Part shown: positions 19,785-29,344 of the stretch, one piece after another
How positions within the stretch are numbered: the first letter of the stretch is position 1
How the letters are laid out: each line of letters begins with the position of its first letter
NCBI GenBank assembly: GCA_963695225.1
Contig: OY968762.1
Coordinates: 1,824,001 to 1,888,000 of the forward strand
Length of the DNA: 64,000 nt
Direction of reading: 5' to 3'
DNA from: Vulcanimicrobiota bacterium
GTDB taxonomy: Bacteria > Vulcanimicrobiota > Vulcanimicrobiia > Vulcanimicrobiales > Vulcanimicrobiaceae
Notes under the pieces: generated by a model
Database searches by the model: none
What the model was told of the DNA's origin: nothing
What the model saw: the letters and a program-made list of their open reading frames with translations, nothing else
Translations under genes and position numbers: made by a program

Positions 19785-20806
19785 CTCGCGCAGGGAACGG
19801 CGGTCTGAAGGCGCTTGCGGGGGCGCTCGCGCTCGCGGCGATCGCGGCCGGCGCGATGCTCGTCGCGGGGGCGAACCCGCTCGACGGGTTCGCGGCGCTG
19901 CTGCGCGGATCGCTCGGGGGCGTGCCGCAGATCGCGGAGACGCTCGTCCAGACGACGGCGCTGCTATTCCCGTCGCTTGCGGTCGCGCTCGCGTTTCGCG
20001 CGGGGCTCTTCAACATCGGCGCCGAGGGGCAACTCGTGATCGGCGGCTTGCTGGCGGGCGTCGCCGGTGCGCAGACGCACCTGCCGGGCATCCTCGCGAT
20101 TCCGCTGCTGCTCGCGCTGGGCGCGCTCGGCGGCGCGCTCTGGGGCGGGATCGCGGGCCTGCTGCGCGCGCGTTTCGGCGGAAACGAAGTGATCGCGACG
20201 CTGATGCTCAACGTGATCGCGGCGCTGCTCGCGAACTATCTGATCGTCGGCCCGCTGCGCACGCCGGGTGCAGTCGGCGCGGAGACGAGCTCGCTGCCGC
20301 AGAGCTCGTGGTTGCCGGCGCTTCTTCCCGGCTCGCGCTTGACGCTCGCGCTCCCGCTCGCGCTTGGAATCGCGCTCGCCTTGCGCTATCTCTTGGCGCG
20401 AACCGTGTTCGGATACGAACTGCGCGCGAGCGGCGAGGCGCCGGAAGCTGCCCGGCGCGCGGGGATCGATCTCGGCCGGATGGCGCTCGTTGCGATGATG
20501 CTCTCGGGCGCGATCGCCGGCCTCGGCGGCGCGACGGTCGTGACGGGGATCCTCCATCGCTTCAACACGGGTCTGAGCCCCGGCTACGGGTTCATCGCGA
20601 TAGCGGTCGCGCTCGTCGGCGCGCTCGAGCCGCTTTGGATCTGCGTCGCCGCGTTCGCATTCGGAATCCTCCAGAGCGGAGCGCTCGCGATGCAAGCGTT
20701 CGCGCACGTACCGAAAGACGTCGTGTCATTCGTCGAAGGCGTCGCGATCGTCGCGCTCGCGGTGCGCCGGTTCGGCGCGGCGCGCGCACCGGGAGCCGCA
20801 GATTGA
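19781..20806 (+). CDS. Nucleoside ABC transporter permease
   Basis: FRAGLFNIGAEGQ, NEVIATLMLN, FGYELRA.G, GYGFIAIAVAL; ATGA overlap at 19781. Confidence 0.92.
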   Translation: MTRAGNGGLKALAGALALAAIAAGAMLVAGANPLDGFAALLRGSLGGVPQIAETLVQTTALLFPSLAVALAFRAGLFNIGAEGQLVIGGLLAGVAGAQTHLPGILAIPLLLALGALGGALWGGIAGLLRARFGGNEVIATLMLNVIAALLANYLIVGPLRTPGAVGAETSSLPQSSWLPALLPGSRLTLALPLALGIALALRYLLARTVFGYELRASGEAPEAARRAGIDLGRMALVAMMLSGAIAGLGGATVVTGILHRFNTGLSPGYGFIAIAVALVGALEPLWICVAAFAFGILQSGALAMQAFAHVPKDVVSFVEGVAIVALAVRRFGAARAPGAAD

Positions 20807-21672
20807 ACCCGCTCGCGACGCTCCTCTCCTTGCTCGCGCTCACGCTCGTGAAAGCGACTCCCCTTTCGTATGCGGCGCTCGGCGGCGTGCTGTGCGAACG
20901 GGCGGGAATCGTGAACATCGCGCTCGAGGGGATGATGGCCGTCGGCGCGTTCGGCGCGGTCGCCGTCGCCTCGGCGACGGGGAGTCCGCTGCTCGGGCTC
21001 GCCGCGGGCGTGCTCGCGGGCGCGCTGCTCGCCGCGATCCTCGCGCTCGCCGCGACCCGCTTCGGCGTCGATCAAATCGTCGCGGGGACGGGGCTCAATC
21101 TGCTCGCGCTCGGCGGGACGGCGTTCGCTCTCGTCGTGGTCTTCGGCCAGCCGGGCGCCTCCCCCGAAGTGCACGGCCTCGGCAAGGCCGGGGAGTTCGC
21201 GCTGATCGCCGGCGCGTTCGTCGCGACCGCGCTCGTGCACGCCGCGCTCTACGCGACGCCGTGGGGCTTGCGCGTTCGCGCCTGCGGAGAGAACCCGCAC
21301 GCGGTGCTCTCCGCGGGGATCGATCCGCGCCGCGTGCGCTTCGGCGCGGTCGTGCTCGGGGGCGCGCTCGCGGGGCTGGGCGGCGTCTACCTCTCCCTCG
21401 CGGAGCTCGATCTCTATTCGGACGGGATGACGGCCGGACGCGGCTTCATCGCGCTCGCCGCCGTCATCTTCGGGCGCTGGACGCCGTTCGGCGCGCTCGG
21501 CGCGGCGCTGTTCTTCGGAGCGTTCGCAGCGTTGCAATATGTGATGCAGCGCACAGGAATACCGAGCGAGATCATGCAGGCGCTGCCGTATGTGGCCGCA
21601 CTCGCCGCGCTCGGCGGCCTCGCAGGCCGCGCACGCGCGCCGAAAGCGGACGGCGTCCCCTTCTCCGGGTGA
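20803..21672 (+). CDS. Nucleoside ABC transporter permease
   Basis: ERAGIVNIALEG, GLRVRACGENP, GRGFIALAAVIFGRW; TTGA overlap at 20803. Confidence 0.92.
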   Translation: MNPLATLLSLLALTLVKATPLSYAALGGVLCERAGIVNIALEGMMAVGAFGAVAVASATGSPLLGLAAGVLAGALLAAILALAATRFGVDQIVAGTGLNLLALGGTAFALVVVFGQPGASPEVHGLGKAGEFALIAGAFVATALVHAALYATPWGLRVRACGENPHAVLSAGIDPRRVRFGAVVLGGALAGLGGVYLSLAELDLYSDGMTAGRGFIALAAVIFGRWTPFGALGAALFFGAFAALQYVMQRTGIPSEIMQALPYVAALAALGGLAGRARAPKADGVPFSG

Positions 21673-21720
21673 GCGCGGGGCGGCTCGAATGAAGGTGCCG
21701 ACCCGAAGATCGTGTAGACT

Positions 21721-22806
21721 ATGCCGGCAAGCCCCATGATTCAACGACGACTGGTCCTCGCTGCGATCGCAGTTGCCGTCATGAGCGTGTTTCCTATTAT
21801 CGGAAACGCCTCCGTTTTGCCGGGCCCGCTCTCCGATCTGCAGGTGCGCCTCGCATCCGCTTCCGTCTCGGCGCCCGGGCGCGTCGGGATCGCGATCAAG
21901 GACCTCTCGACCGGCTTTTCTTCCGGGTACAACGCCGACGCGAGCATGCCCGCCGCATCGACGATCAAAATCCCGGTGATGGTCGAAGTCTTCCGGCAGA
22001 TGTCGGCCGGCAACCTCATGCTGACGCGGACGGTCGGGCTGCAGTACACCGATAAGGATGACGGTTCGGGCGACCTGTGCTACGCACGCGTCGGCACGCG
22101 CTACTCGGTGAAAACGCTCTTGTGGCAAATGATCACCGAGAGCGACAACACCGCGACGAACATGCTGATCCGCCTCGTCGGGCGCCATAAGATCAACGTG
22201 ACGATGCATGAGCTCGGGTTGACGCATACGCTCTTGGGCGATTACATCCGCACCTCGAGCAGCAGCGTCCGCAACGCTCTGCGCTCGAGTCCGCGCGACA
22301 TGGTCGCGCTCTTGGAAGCGATGGCACGCGATCAACTCGTCGATCCGTGGAGCTCGCGCGAGATGCTCGCGATCCTCGCCGGGCAGCAGCACAATTCGCT
22401 GTTGCCGGAGCCGCTGCCGGAAGGTTTGCCGATCGCGCACAAGACGGGCTCGCTGCACGACACGCTCAACGACGTCGGCGTCGTCTACCTCGATGCCGAG
22501 CCCTACGTCATCGCCGTGATGACGACGAACCTCTCGAGCTTGCCCTCCGGCCGCCGCTTCATCCATAACGTCTCGCGCCTGGCATACCAATCGTTCGAGC
22601 GGATGGCGCAGTGGCGCGAGAACGCCGGCTTGCCCGCGTTCCAGCTCACGCCTCCCGGCGAGGAGCCGTCCCGCACGCCGGCCGAACCGATCGAGCCGAT
22701 CGCCCCGGTCGACCCGGCGGAAAACGCGGCCTCGGCCGACGCGCCGGCGCCGGGTGCGAGCGCGGCACCCCAGTCGGATCCCGAGCGAGTGTTCGAGGGG
22801 CCGTAG
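21721..22806 (+). CDS. Secreted serine hydrolase, class A beta-lactamase-like fold (PBP-A-like)
   Basis: Signal peptide; AASTIK (SxxK), SDN, HKTG; Pro/Ala-rich tail. Confidence 0.85.
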   Translation: MPASPMIQRRLVLAAIAVAVMSVFPIIGNASVLPGPLSDLQVRLASASVSAPGRVGIAIKDLSTGFSSGYNADASMPAASTIKIPVMVEVFRQMSAGNLMLTRTVGLQYTDKDDGSGDLCYARVGTRYSVKTLLWQMITESDNTATNMLIRLVGRHKINVTMHELGLTHTLLGDYIRTSSSSVRNALRSSPRDMVALLEAMARDQLVDPWSSREMLAILAGQQHNSLLPEPLPEGLPIAHKTGSLHDTLNDVGVVYLDAEPYVIAVMTTNLSSLPSGRRFIHNVSRLAYQSFERMAQWRENAGLPAFQLTPPGEEPSRTPAEPIEPIAPVDPAENAASADAPAPGASAAPQSDPERVFEGP

Positions 22807-22825
22807 CGAGAACGTACCCGCCGCG

Positions 22826-24043
22826 ATGGACGAGCGAGCGGGTCGGCTTTGGGAGATAGCGGCGCGCTTCGGGCGCCTCGGCTGCACCTCGTTCGGCGGA
22901 CCCGTCGCACACCTCGGCTATTTCCGGCGGGAGTTCGTCGAGCGCGCGAAATGGCTCGACGACGCGGCCTTCTCCGAGTTCGTCGCGCTGACGGCGGCGC
23001 TCCCCGGGCCTTCCAGCAGCCAGGTCGGGATGCTGCTCGGCGCGTTGCGTGCTGGCCCGGCCGGCGCCGTCGTCGCTTGGCTCGCGTTCACCGCGCCCTC
23101 CGCGCTCCTGCTCGCGGCCTTCGGCCTCTTCTTGCGCGGCGGTTACGGGGCGCTTCCGAGCCCCCTCGAAGACGCCGGCCACGGCGCGCTCGCGGGACTC
23201 CTGGCCGTCGCCGCGGCCGTCGTCGCGCTCGCCGCGTTCGGCCTTGCGAAGTCGCTTGCGGCAGGCGCCGCACGCGCGTCCATCGCTGTCCTCGCGCTGG
23301 CGATCGCGCTCCTCGTGCAACACCGCGCCCCGCAATGGCAATGGCTCGCGCTGGCGCTCGGCGGAGCCCTCGGCGCGATCCTGATCCGCGACGCGCGCGC
23401 GCTCCCCGCCGGCCACACGGTCCTGCCCCGCCTCTCGCGCACCGCCGCCGCGCTCGCCGCGGCCGGACTCTGCGCGGTTCTCGCGTTCGCGCTCTTCGCA
23501 ACGCCGGCGGATCCTTCGCTCCGTGCGCTTGCCACGTACCTGCGCGCCGGCTCGCTCGTCTTCGGCGGCGGTCACGTCGTCCTGCCCTTCTTGCAGTCTC
23601 TCGTCGAGGGCTCGCACATCGCGCCGGACGTCTTCCTAGCCGGCTACGGAGCCGCACAGGCGATGCCCGGCCCCCTCTTCACGTTTGCCGCGTTCCTCGG
23701 CGCCGTCGACCGCACCAGCCTGCGCCCCGCGCTCGACGCCGCGCTCGCCACGCTCGCGATCTTCGCCCCCTCGTTCCTCCTACTCGCCGTCTCGCTGCCG
23801 CTCTGGGCCCGGCTTCGCACGCTCCCCCTCGCCTCGGCGACCCTCGCCGGCATCAACGCCTCGGTCGTAGGCCTTCTCGCAAGCGTCCTCGTCGACCCGA
23901 TCGGACGCCGCTTCTGGGAAACGCGCGACTGGCGTTCGTTCCTCCTCGCGCTCGCCGCCGGCGCCGTCCTCACCCGCACGCCCGCCCCGGTCTGGCTCGT
24001 CGTCCTAGCCTGCGCCGCCGCCGGCGCGGCGCTCCTGCGCTAA
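22826..24043 (+). CDS. chrA: Chromate transporter (long-chain CHR)
   Basis: LGCTSFGGPVAHLGYF, LPGPSSSQ, VFGGGHVVLP, AQAMPGPLFT. Confidence 0.92.
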   Translation: MDERAGRLWEIAARFGRLGCTSFGGPVAHLGYFRREFVERAKWLDDAAFSEFVALTAALPGPSSSQVGMLLGALRAGPAGAVVAWLAFTAPSALLLAAFGLFLRGGYGALPSPLEDAGHGALAGLLAVAAAVVALAAFGLAKSLAAGAARASIAVLALAIALLVQHRAPQWQWLALALGGALGAILIRDARALPAGHTVLPRLSRTAAALAAAGLCAVLAFALFATPADPSLRALATYLRAGSLVFGGGHVVLPFLQSLVEGSHIAPDVFLAGYGAAQAMPGPLFTFAAFLGAVDRTSLRPALDAALATLAIFAPSFLLLAVSLPLWARLRTLPLASATLAGINASVVGLLASVLVDPIGRRFWETRDWRSFLLALAAGAVLTRTPAPVWLVVLACAAAGAALLR

Positions 24044-24097
24044 CCGCCGCCGCGCCGGGAACCGCCGCGAGGCGGCGCGGCGTCCTTAGCGCAGCAG

Positions 24098-24514
24098 ATG
24101 GAAGAGATGCACCAGGCCTATGTATGGCTCGAGCAGGCGATCGAGGGGTCGCGCGCGTTCGACGTTCTCTGGGGCACCACGGCCGCCGCGATCCTGGTAC
24201 TGATCGGCTGGACCGCGCTCGTTTGGACGGACCCCCCGCACCGCGTCCGCATCTTCGGCGAGAGCGCCGACCCGACGATGCGCCTGCAGTTCTCCTGGGC
24301 CGTCTTCGCGCTCGCCATGGCCGGTACGAACGTCGGTTGCCGCTACGTCCCGCACGCCTTCCTCGAAGGCGTCCACCTCGGCTACGCCTCCATCACGCTC
24401 GCCGTCATTTTGGTCCTCGGTCCCCGCGAACTCTACCTAGCGATCGCCGACCACGTCCGCCGTTTCGCCCGCGCCCGCGCAGCCTCTCGCCTCATCGACG
24501 CCGCCGAAAGCTAG
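24098..24514 (+). CDS. Hypothetical membrane protein (about 3 TM)
   Basis: 138-aa ORF with hydrophobic segments filling the chrA-copZ gap; no recognised motif. Confidence 0.55.
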   Translation: MEEMHQAYVWLEQAIEGSRAFDVLWGTTAAAILVLIGWTALVWTDPPHRVRIFGESADPTMRLQFSWAVFALAMAGTNVGCRYVPHAFLEGVHLGYASITLAVILVLGPRELYLAIADHVRRFARARAASRLIDAAES

Positions 24515-24582
24515 CGCGGATCGCCTCAGCCGGCGATTCGGAAACGCAAGCCATCCCGGCCGGGTCTGTAGAATCCAGCAGG

Positions 24583-24783
24583 ATGGATCAGCTATTGAAC
24601 GTCGAGGGCATGACCTGCGGCAACTGCGCGAAGCACGTCGAGAAGGCGCTGCTGGGGATCGCGGGCGTGCGCGCCGCGCGCGTCGATCTCGCGGGGCACA
24701 CCGTCGCCGTCGAGAGCGATCGAGAAATCGCGCGCGACGAATTCGCGGCGGCGATCGATCGGGCGGGGTATGAGCTTCGTTGA
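24583..24783 (+). CDS. copZ: CopZ-like heavy-metal chaperone
   Basis: MDQLLNVEGMTCGNCAKHVEKAL...AGY; this is the tail of ORF 22849..24783. TAGAAT lies 8 nt before the ATG. Confidence 0.9.
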   Translation: MDQLLNVEGMTCGNCAKHVEKALLGIAGVRAARVDLAGHTVAVESDREIARDEFAAAIDRAGYELR

Positions 24784-27058
24784 AGCGCCGAACGTAGCGC
24801 CGGCCGCGCCGGCCGAAGAGCGCGCGGAGTTCGCGATCGGCGGGATGACGTGCGCCTCGTGCGTGCGGCATGTGGCGCGCGCGCTCGAGTGCGTCCCGGG
24901 CGTGCGCGACGTGAGCGTGAACCTCGCGACCGAACGCGCGACGGTCGTGCATTCGCAGGGCGCCTCGCGCGCCGCGATGGTCGCCGCGGTGGAGGAAGCG
25001 GGGTACTCCGCGCAAGCGCTCGACGAGCGCACGTTCGGCGAAGACGCGGACGCCGAGCGGCGGGACGCGGAGATCGCGCGCAAGCGCGCGCTGCTGATCT
25101 TGGGCGTCGCGCTGACGGTGCCGACGCTCGTGCTCGGGATGCTCGTGCCCGAGTTCCCGCACAAGGATTGGCTGATGCTCGCGCTCACGCTCCCCGTCTG
25201 GGGGATCGTCGGCGCGGACTTCCATCGCGGCGCGCTGGCGCAAGCGCGGCACCGCTCGGCGAACATGGATACGCTCGTTTCGCTCGGCTCGACCGCGGCG
25301 CTCGCCTATTCGCTCTACGCGACGCTCGCGGGCGAACCGGCGTACTACGAGACGGCGAGCGCGATCGTCACGCTGATCTATGCGGGGAAATACCTCGAAG
25401 CGCTCGCGAAGGGGCGCAGCAACCGCGCGATTCGCGCGCTGCTCGACCTGCGGCCGCCGGTCGCGCGGCGCCGCGCCGCCGACGGGAGCATCGAGGAACT
25501 CCCGGTCGAGCGCGTTCGCGCCGGCGACGCGATCGTCGTCGCCGCCGGCGAGCGCATCGCCGTCGACGGCGTCGTCTTGGAAGGAACGAGCGCGGTCGAC
25601 GCCTCGATGTTGACCGGCGAGCCGATTCCGGTCGAGGTCGGGCCGGGGAGCCGCGTCGACGCGGGGACGCTCAACGGCGACGGAACGCTCGTCATGCGGG
25701 CGACGGCCGTCGGGGCCGGGACGACGCTCTCGCGAATCGTCGAGATCGTACGCCGGGCGCAAGGCTCCCTACCCCCCGTGCAACGCCTCGCCGACCGGGT
25801 CGCGAGCGTATTCGTCCCGGCGATCCTCGCGCTGGCCGCCGCGACGTTCGTGGGCTGGCTCGTTAGCGGGCACCAGTGGCAGGCCGCGCTCGTCGCGGCG
25901 ACCGCCGTCCTCGTCGTCGCGTGCCCCTGCGCGCTCGGCCTCGCGACCCCGACGGCGATCATCGTCGGCGTCGGCGCGGGGGCGCGCGAGGGCGTGCTGT
26001 TCAAGGATGCGGAGGCGCTCGAGCGCCTGGCCGGAATCGATACGGTCGTCTTCGACAAGACGGGGACGCTCACGGCGGGTCGCTTCGAGTTCTCCGCCGT
26101 TCGCACGTCTCCCAGCATCAGCGAGGCCGAACTGCTAGCGGTAGCCGCCGCCGTAGAGCGCGGCTCAACGCATCCGCTCGCAGCCGCGATCGTGCGCGGC
26201 GCCGAAACCGCTGCCTCAACGAGCGGGGCCCTCGGCGGCCCGCCCACCGCCGGAATCGGCTCTACGCCGGCCGCGACGGATGTGCGCGCGATACGCGGCG
26301 GCGGCGTGCAAGCGCACCTGGGAGGCGACGTGGCGGCGGTTGGGACGCAGGCGTTCCTCGAATCGCTCGGCGTTCCGCACGATTCGTTCGATGCGATGCT
26401 GGCGCCGCAGCGCGCGGATGTCTCGACCGTTTTCGTCGCGCGTGGCGGACGGTTTCTGGGCGTGCTCGAACTTGCAGACATCGTGCGGCCGCAGGCGCAA
26501 CCGGCGCTCGACGCGCTGCGTTCGGCCGGGATCGCGACGCGGATCGTCAGCGGCGATGCGAGCGGCGCGGTGAGCGCGCTCGCGCAACGTTTGGGCGTCG
26601 CGACGTGGGACGCGCGCACGAGCCCCGAAGACAAGGCGCGCATCGTTTCGGAATTGCGCGCCGCGGGCGCACGCGTCGCGTTCGTCGGCGACGGTATCAA
26701 CGATGCACCCGCGCTCGCCGTCGCGGACGTCGGCCTCGCGATGGGCGGCGGCACAGGGATCGCCCTCGAGACGGCCAGCGCCGCGATCCTTTCGAACGAT
26801 CCGAGTGCCGTCCCGCGAGCGATCCGGCTCGCACGCGCGACGATGCGGACGATCGCGCAGAATCTTTTTTGGGCGTTCGCCTACAACGTCATCTTGGTTC
26901 CGCTTGCTGCCTTCGGCCTCGTGCGTCCGATGTGGGCTGCCGCCGCCATGGGCCTCTCGAGCCTCTTCGTCGTGGGAAATTCCCTATTGTTACGCCGCCG
27001 AACTTATGCCGACATCTTACCGATCCGGTCGACGTTGAATTCGGTGAACCAAAGGTAG
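24770..27058 (+). CDS. copA: Copper-translocating P1B-type ATPase
   Basis: GMTCASC, TGE, ACPCALGLATP, DKTGT, HP, GDGINDAP, YN, MGLSS (the Cu(I) P1B-1 set). The last ~18 aa read through a vgb remnant. Confidence 0.93.
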   Translation: MSFVEAPNVAPAAPAEERAEFAIGGMTCASCVRHVARALECVPGVRDVSVNLATERATVVHSQGASRAAMVAAVEEAGYSAQALDERTFGEDADAERRDAEIARKRALLILGVALTVPTLVLGMLVPEFPHKDWLMLALTLPVWGIVGADFHRGALAQARHRSANMDTLVSLGSTAALAYSLYATLAGEPAYYETASAIVTLIYAGKYLEALAKGRSNRAIRALLDLRPPVARRRAADGSIEELPVERVRAGDAIVVAAGERIAVDGVVLEGTSAVDASMLTGEPIPVEVGPGSRVDAGTLNGDGTLVMRATAVGAGTTLSRIVEIVRRAQGSLPPVQRLADRVASVFVPAILALAAATFVGWLVSGHQWQAALVAATAVLVVACPCALGLATPTAIIVGVGAGAREGVLFKDAEALERLAGIDTVVFDKTGTLTAGRFEFSAVRTSPSISEAELLAVAAAVERGSTHPLAAAIVRGAETAASTSGALGGPPTAGIGSTPAATDVRAIRGGGVQAHLGGDVAAVGTQAFLESLGVPHDSFDAMLAPQRADVSTVFVARGGRFLGVLELADIVRPQAQPALDALRSAGIATRIVSGDASGAVSALAQRLGVATWDARTSPEDKARIVSELRAAGARVAFVGDGINDAPALAVADVGLAMGGGTGIALETASAAILSNDPSAVPRAIRLARATMRTIAQNLFWAFAYNVILVPLAAFGLVRPMWAAAAMGLSSLFVVGNSLLLRRRTYADILPIRSTLNSVNQR

Positions 27059-27102
27059 CCGTCGGGGCCGCCCGCTATCGATTCGGCGCCCGAGCCTGCT
27101 TT
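27004..27102 (-). pseudogene. Orphan 3' end of a Vgb-like gene
   Basis: Translates KAGSGAESIAGGPDGYLWFTEFNVDRIGKMSA*; the intact gene ends KAGSAPGAITAGPDGYLWFTEYNANQIGKISS*. Confidence 0.85.
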
Positions 27103-27121
27103 CGTTCTAGTTTCGCTCGCC

Positions 27122-27154
27122 GGGATCTCGCTGCTGTTACGCCGCCGCACCTAA
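27122..27154 (+). pseudogene. Second copy of the copA 3' end
   Basis: gggatctcgctgctgttacgccgccgcacctaa = GISLLLRRRT*; copA reads GNSLLLRRRT. Confidence 0.75.
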
Positions 27155-28182
27155 GACGAGATCTTACCGATCTGGTTGGCGTTGTATTCGGTGAACCACA
27201 GATAGCCGTCGGGGCCGGCCGTTATAGCACCTGGGGCCGAGCCCGCTTTCACAGGGTAATCGGTCACGGCCCCGGCGGTCGTGATGCGGCCGACCTTGCC
27301 GGCAAACTCTTCGGTAAACCAGAGATTTCCACCGGTGGCGGCGATGCCGACCGGATGGGCGCCCGCCGGCGCCGGATATTCAGTAACCGTACCTTGCGGC
27401 GTGATCTTGCCGATCTTGTTCCCTAGCGCTTCAACAAACCAGAGGTTGCCGTCGGGGCCCGCCGTGATGTCCGCGAGGCCGGCGGTCGGCGTCAGTACGC
27501 CGGTGTATTCGCTGATGGCGCCTTGCGGCGTGATCTTGCCGATTTGATTCGCGTTGTACTCCGTAAACCAGAGGTTGCCGTCGGGCCCCAGCGCGATGCC
27601 GGCAGGTTGGGCGTTCAGCGCCTGCGTCGCGTACTCATCGATGGCCCCGTCGGTGACCCTGATCCGGCCGCTCTTGCTGGAGTCTTGTTCCGTGAACCAG
27701 AGATGATTGTCTCCCGGAGGACCCGCCGCAATGTACTGGACGCCGGCCGCCGGCGTCAAGCCCGCGGAGTATTCCACCAAGCCCGTGCCGTCGGGCTTGA
27801 TCGTGCCGATCTTGTTGGCTAACGTTTCCGTGAACCAGAGCTTGCCGTCAGGGCCCACAGCAATGCCGTGAGCCGCCGCGTTCGGCGCAGGCAACGGGTA
27901 CTCGGTGAAGGCACCCCCGGTCGTGATCGTACCGATCTTGTCGTATTCCGTGAACCACAGATTGCCGTTGGGACCGTTCACGATCGCGGCTAGCTGCGCG
28001 TTCGACGTCGGCGCGAGATACTCCGTAACCGTGCCCGTCGGCGGCGCCGGCGGCGTACTGTTGCCTCCACCTCCGCCTCCGCATCCCGAAAGCACCACCG
28101 CCGTCGCAAACAAACCTGCGCAAAGGCCGACAGAAAAGACCGCTCGTGCGTCACGCACTCGAGCAGGCGATAAGAACCGCAT
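27151..28182 (-). CDS. Vgb-family (virginiamycin B lyase-like) beta-propeller lipoprotein
   Basis: Lipobox LSGC and Gly linker; seven repeats resembling GPDGNLWFTE...IGKIT; ATG 28182 with GAGG RBS. Confidence 0.85.
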   Translation of the reverse strand: MRFLSPARVRDARAVFSVGLCAGLFATAVVLSGCGGGGGGNSTPPAPPTGTVTEYLAPTSNAQLAAIVNGPNGNLWFTEYDKIGTITTGGAFTEYPLPAPNAAAHGIAVGPDGKLWFTETLANKIGTIKPDGTGLVEYSAGLTPAAGVQYIAAGPPGDNHLWFTEQDSSKSGRIRVTDGAIDEYATQALNAQPAGIALGPDGNLWFTEYNANQIGKITPQGAISEYTGVLTPTAGLADITAGPDGNLWFVEALGNKIGKITPQGTVTEYPAPAGAHPVGIAATGGNLWFTEEFAGKVGRITTAGAVTDYPVKAGSAPGAITAGPDGYLWFTEYNANQIGKISS

Positions 28183-28298
28183 GATGCCTCGCTTCGCACG
28201 ACAAACCACAGACCACAATCTCGACGCAACTTACGCTGCGGAGACTCACTCGTGAGCGTAGCGAAGTCGCATGGCAAATACAAGAGTGCTATGGCCGC

Positions 28299-28565
28299 GC
28301 CTCTTCGTCGCGGGAAGAACACTCGCTGCTCTTTCGCCCCCGAACCTAAGACGCGATCATACCGATCCGGTTGGCGTCGTAATCGGTGAACGGAGAGATA
28401 GCAGTCCGGGCCGACCGTTATCAAATTGGGCGTCGAGTAAGGACCTCGTCGGCCCCAAATTCAGTGCACCAGAGATTCCCGCCGGCCGCGGCGATGCCGA
28501 TCGGCTCGGCACCGGGCGGTGCCGGATACTCGGTGACCGCGCCTTGCGGCAGGATCTTGCCGATT
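28299..28565. pseudogene. Third, decayed copA-end/vgb-end junction plus internal vgb fragment
   Basis: gcctcttcgtcgcggg..ctcgctgct..cgaacctaa (copA end) is followed by gacgcgatcataccgatccggttggcgtcgtaatcggtgaac and ccagagattcccgccggccgcggcgatgccgatcgg..ccggatactcggtgacc..atcttgccgat. These match 27151-27230 and about 27310-27415, with indels. Confidence 0.8.
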
Positions 28566-28590
28566 CGTCGTCCAGGCGACAACCGTCGGA

Positions 28591-28775
28591 GTGGGACGAC
28601 CCTCGCCGCGGCCGCGGCGCCGGAGAACCCCGAAGGCGACGCCCGCGTTCGTCGCGCGCGGCTCGAGCCTCGCCGGCGTCCTCGAGCTGGGGGACTCCGT
28701 CCGCCCGCAGGCCGTCCGCGCGCTCGAAGCGCTCCGCGCCCGCGGAATCGCGCCCTGGATCGTCAGCGGCGAGGC
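28591..28775 (+). pseudogene. Internal fragment of a P1B ATPase (copA-like)
   Basis: AFVARGSSLAGVLELGDSVRPQAVRALEALRARGIAPWIVSGE; copA reads VFVARGGRFLGVLELADIVRPQAQPALDALRSAGIATRIVSGD. Confidence 0.85.
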
Positions 28776-28853
28776 GCCGGGCCGCAGCCCGGCGAGAAGG
28801 ACCTCGTTTCTAGGCGGAGGGTGGCCCCTTCTGCCGAAAACCCGAACACCAAC

Positions 28854-29333
28854 GTGAAACGAGCGCTGCTGATCTTCATCGCCCTGGCGGCCTTCGCCGG
28901 CTGCTCCGGGGGCGATGGATTCCTCCCTACGCGCCTGCACTCGATGGACGCCGTCCGGCTCCAACGCCTGGTTCGCGCTGAAGCGGCGCATACCGGCGTT
29001 TCGGCAGCGCTCCTCTCCGCGGTCATCGCGGTCGAATCGAAGGGCGATCCGCATGCGATCAGCCGCGCGGGCGCGGCGGGCCTCATGCAGCTGATGCCCG
29101 ACACCGCCGCGACGTACCGCGTCGCGAACCGCTTCGATCCGGAAGATAACGTGCACGGAGGAGCGCTCTACCTGCGGGACCTGCTCGCGCGCTACCACAA
29201 CGACACGACGCTCGCGCTCGCCGCCTACAACGCGGGCCCGGCCGCCGTCGACGCGGCGCACGGTGGTCTGCCGCCCTTCGCCGAGACGCGTGCCTACGTG
29301 GCCCGGGTTACGGCGGCGTTGCGCAACACCTAA
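28854..29333 (+). CDS. Lytic transglycosylase (SLT) lipoprotein
   Basis: Lipobox FAGC; IAVES, GAAGLMQLMP, ALAAYNAG, ETRAYV; GTG 28854. Confidence 0.9.
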   Translation: MKRALLIFIALAAFAGCSGGDGFLPTRLHSMDAVRLQRLVRAEAAHTGVSAALLSAVIAVESKGDPHAISRAGAAGLMQLMPDTAATYRVANRFDPEDNVHGGALYLRDLLARYHNDTTLALAAYNAGPAAVDAAHGGLPPFAETRAYVARVTAALRNT

Positions 29334-29344
29334 GGCCGCCGCGC

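Noticed and set aside
21721..22806. Beta-lactamase resistance gene
   Set aside because: The omega-loop region reads LGDYIRT with no Glu166 equivalent, so a PBP-like serine hydrolase is more likely.
24550..24575. CsoR or CueR operator before copZ
   Set aside because: ATCCCGGCCGGGT is only a weak palindrome, and no copper regulator is in the window.
27151..28182. Streptogramin B resistance (vgb)
   Set aside because: It is a lipoprotein with generic propeller repeats; catalytic residues cannot be verified from the sequence alone.
28226..28270. Imperfect hairpin containing TGAGCGTAGCGAAG (possible REP-like remnant)
   Set aside because: It is a single degenerate copy, so a repeat family cannot be established.
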